This document shows positions 62,570 through 64,000 of a DNA stretch of 64,000 nt, in pieces. The stretch lies in contig JAXLWU010000003.1 of the NCBI GenBank assembly GCA_046328335.1, positions 130,216 through 194,215 of the forward strand, in the 5' to 3' direction. Origin of the DNA: Thermomicrobiales bacterium (GTDB lineage Bacteria > Chloroflexota > Chloroflexia > Thermomicrobiales > UBA6265). Numbering within the stretch: the first letter of the stretch is position 1; each line of letters begins with the position of its first letter. A program made the position numbers and the translations under genes. The notes under the pieces were generated by a model. It worked only from the letters and a program-made list of their open reading frames with translations. It searched no databases and was not told the DNA's origin.

Positions 62570-64000
62570 GTGGCAAACCGATTGGCCCAAGAGACGAGCC
62601 CGTATCTCCTTCAACACGCCAACAATCCCGTCGATTGGTTTCCCTGGGGTGAGGAAGCGCTCGCCAGGGCGCGCGAAGAAGACAAACCGATCCTGGTCAG
62701 CATCGGGTACTCCGCATGCCACTGGTGTCACGTCATGGAGCACGAGTCGTTCGAGAATCCCGACATCGCGGCCCTCATGAACGATCTCTTCGTCAACATC
62801 AAGGTCGATCGCGAGGAACGGCCCGATCTCGATTCGCTCTACATGTCCGCCGTCCAGGCGATGTCCGGGCATGGCGGGTGGCCGCTCAATGTCTTCCTGA
62901 CCCCGGATGGCACGCCATTCTACGGGGGTACCTATTTTCCGCCCGAGGACCGCACCGGGATGCCCGGATTCCCGAAGGTGCTCACGGCGGTGGCCGATGC
63001 CTACCGCGACAAGCGCAACGAAGTCGATGAAAACGCAACGCAGATTCGGGAGCTGTTGCGACGGGTCACCAGTGAATTGCCAAGAGCCGACGAACTGACG
63101 CCGGACATTCTGACCGAAGCCGTGGACCAACTGGCAAGTTCGTTCGATGCGCGCAACGGTGGGTTCGGTGCCGCGCCGAAGTTCCCCCAGCCGGCGGCGA
63201 TTGAATTCCTCTTGCGGGAAGCGCATCGCTCCGGGAGCCAGAAGGCGACACTGATGGCGCAGCGGACGCTCGATCGAATGGCGGCCGGCGGCATCTACGA
63301 CCAGATCGGTGGTGGTTTCCATCGCTACGCCGTCGATGCGATCTGGCTCGTACCACACTTCGAGAAGATGCTCTACGACAATGCGCAACTCGCTTCGGCG
63401 TACCTTGCCGCATCGGTCGCGTTCGGGGAAGAGCGGTATCGCCGCGTGGCGGAGGAGACGCTCGATTTCGTGGCACGGGAGATGGCCGACGAACGGGGCG
63501 GGTTCCATGCCACGCTCGATGCCGATTCGGCTGGGCACGAGGGCACGTTCTACACCTGGACCCCGGAGGAACTGGAAACGGTCCTGGGGGACGATGACGC
63601 TCGCATCGCCGCGCTCTGGTTCGGGGTGGAAGCGGGTGGGAACTTCGAGGGGCGAAGTGTCCTTTCCGCGCGGCGCACGGTAGCGGATGTCGCCGATCGG
63701 CTTGGTCTCGACCCCGCGGTCCTGGCGGAGCGGTTACAGTCGATCGCCGCCAGGATGCGGGAAGCACGGGCGCTGCGCGAACGTCCGGCCCGCGATGAGA
63801 AGGTCATTACCGCCTGGAACGGACTGATGCTCCGCGCATTCGCCGACGGCGCTCGCATCTTGGGCCGCGACGATTTCCGCGAAGTGGCGGTTCGCAACGC
63901 CGAATTCATCCTCACCCATCTCCAGCGGGATGGGCGCCTGTTGCGCATCTGGAAGGATGGCGAGACCAAGATCGAGGGATTTCTCGAAGACTACGCCTTT
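62570..64000 (+). CDS. Thioredoxin-domain protein YyaL/DUF255 family (partial, continues past window end)
   Basis: This gene is not in the ORF track because no stop falls within the window. GTG at 62570 gives (M)[85 protein letters not shown]. The frame stays open to 64000. Confidence 0.85.
   Translation, partial: MANRLAQETSPYLLQHANNPVDWFPWGEEALARAREEDKPILVSIGYSACHWCHVMEHESFENPDIAALMNDLFVNIKVDREERPDLDSLYMSAVQAMSGHGGWPLNVFLTPDGTPFYGGTYFPPEDRTGMPGFPKVLTAVADAYRDKRNEVDENATQIRELLRRVTSELPRADELTPDILTEAVDQLASSFDARNGGFGAAPKFPQPAAIEFLLREAHRSGSQKATLMAQRTLDRMAAGGIYDQIGGGFHRYAVDAIWLVPHFEKMLYDNAQLASAYLAASVAFGEERYRRVAEETLDFVAREMADERGGFHATLDADSAGHEGTFYTWTPEELETVLGDDDARIAALWFGVEAGGNFEGRSVLSARRTVADVADRLGLDPAVLAERLQSIAARMREARALRERPARDEKVITAWNGLMLRAFADGARILGRDDFREVAVRNAEFILTHLQRDGRLLRIWKDGETKIEGFLEDYAF

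Noticed and set aside
62441-63538. 365-aa minus-strand ORF.
   Set aside because: It is antisense to a clear plus-strand YyaL/DUF255 thioredoxin-domain gene ([34 protein letters not shown]) that the track omits because it has no in-window stop. The minus-strand product has no recognisable domain and shows high-GC antisense composition.
1-64000. tRNA, rRNA, tmRNA, RNase P or SRP RNA genes, and transposases or integrases.
   Set aside because: I scanned the intergenic gaps by eye for T-loop (GGTTCGAATCC-like) motifs, the RNase P GAGGAAAGTCC motif and a tmRNA tag-like reading frame. None were found, and all gaps over 150 nt are accounted for by repeats, hairpins or promoter-like sequence. A tRNAscan/Infernal run would be the definitive check.

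Overview
A high-GC, densely coding bacterial chromosomal segment. I support about 58 CDS and found no rRNA, tRNA, CRISPR array, transposase or integrase. The lineage is only an inference: LPXTG sorting signal, many twin-arginine signal peptides, HemY-type oxidase and fused BC-BCCP carboxylase suggest a monoderm-like high-GC lineage such as Chloroflexota/Thermomicrobia or Actinomycetota.

Housekeeping genes make up most of the window: smc, glnA, pheA, pdxH, glgP, hemY, guaA, rnz, proC, trmH, crcB, and a biotin carboxylase/BCCP fusion.

There are also metabolic islands:
- three enolase-superfamily acid-sugar dehydratase paralogues with an aminotransferase, a FAH-family hydrolase and a CocE/NonD hydrolase (12.8-21.1 kb)
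- a sugar ABC transporter (40-43.7 kb)
- an opine-dehydrogenase / CocE-NonD / FAD-oxidase / CitE-like lyase operon (45.4-50.4 kb)

The most interesting observations:
1. A glutaredoxin-PDZ gene has its N-terminal half hidden from the ORF track by an in-frame TGA. That TGA sits exactly at the first Cys of the CxxC motif and is followed by a SECIS-like hairpin, so this is a candidate selenoprotein.
2. A class III nucleotidyl cyclase-STAND NTPase-TPR protein lies next to an extremely Cys-rich secreted protein.
3. Two families of intergenic repeat elements occur in the window (5 and 3 copies).
4. A block of surface or secreted proteins at 50.4-55.1 kb includes a 4x Excalibur LPXTG protein and Lys-rich and Asp/Ser-rich low-complexity proteins.
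5. Several unusual domain fusions are present: GT2-acylphosphatase and TIM barrel-DUF309.

Many long ORFs in the track are antisense or out-of-frame artefacts typical of high-GC DNA. One real gene (YyaL-like, 62570 to the window end) is absent from the track because it runs off the window.
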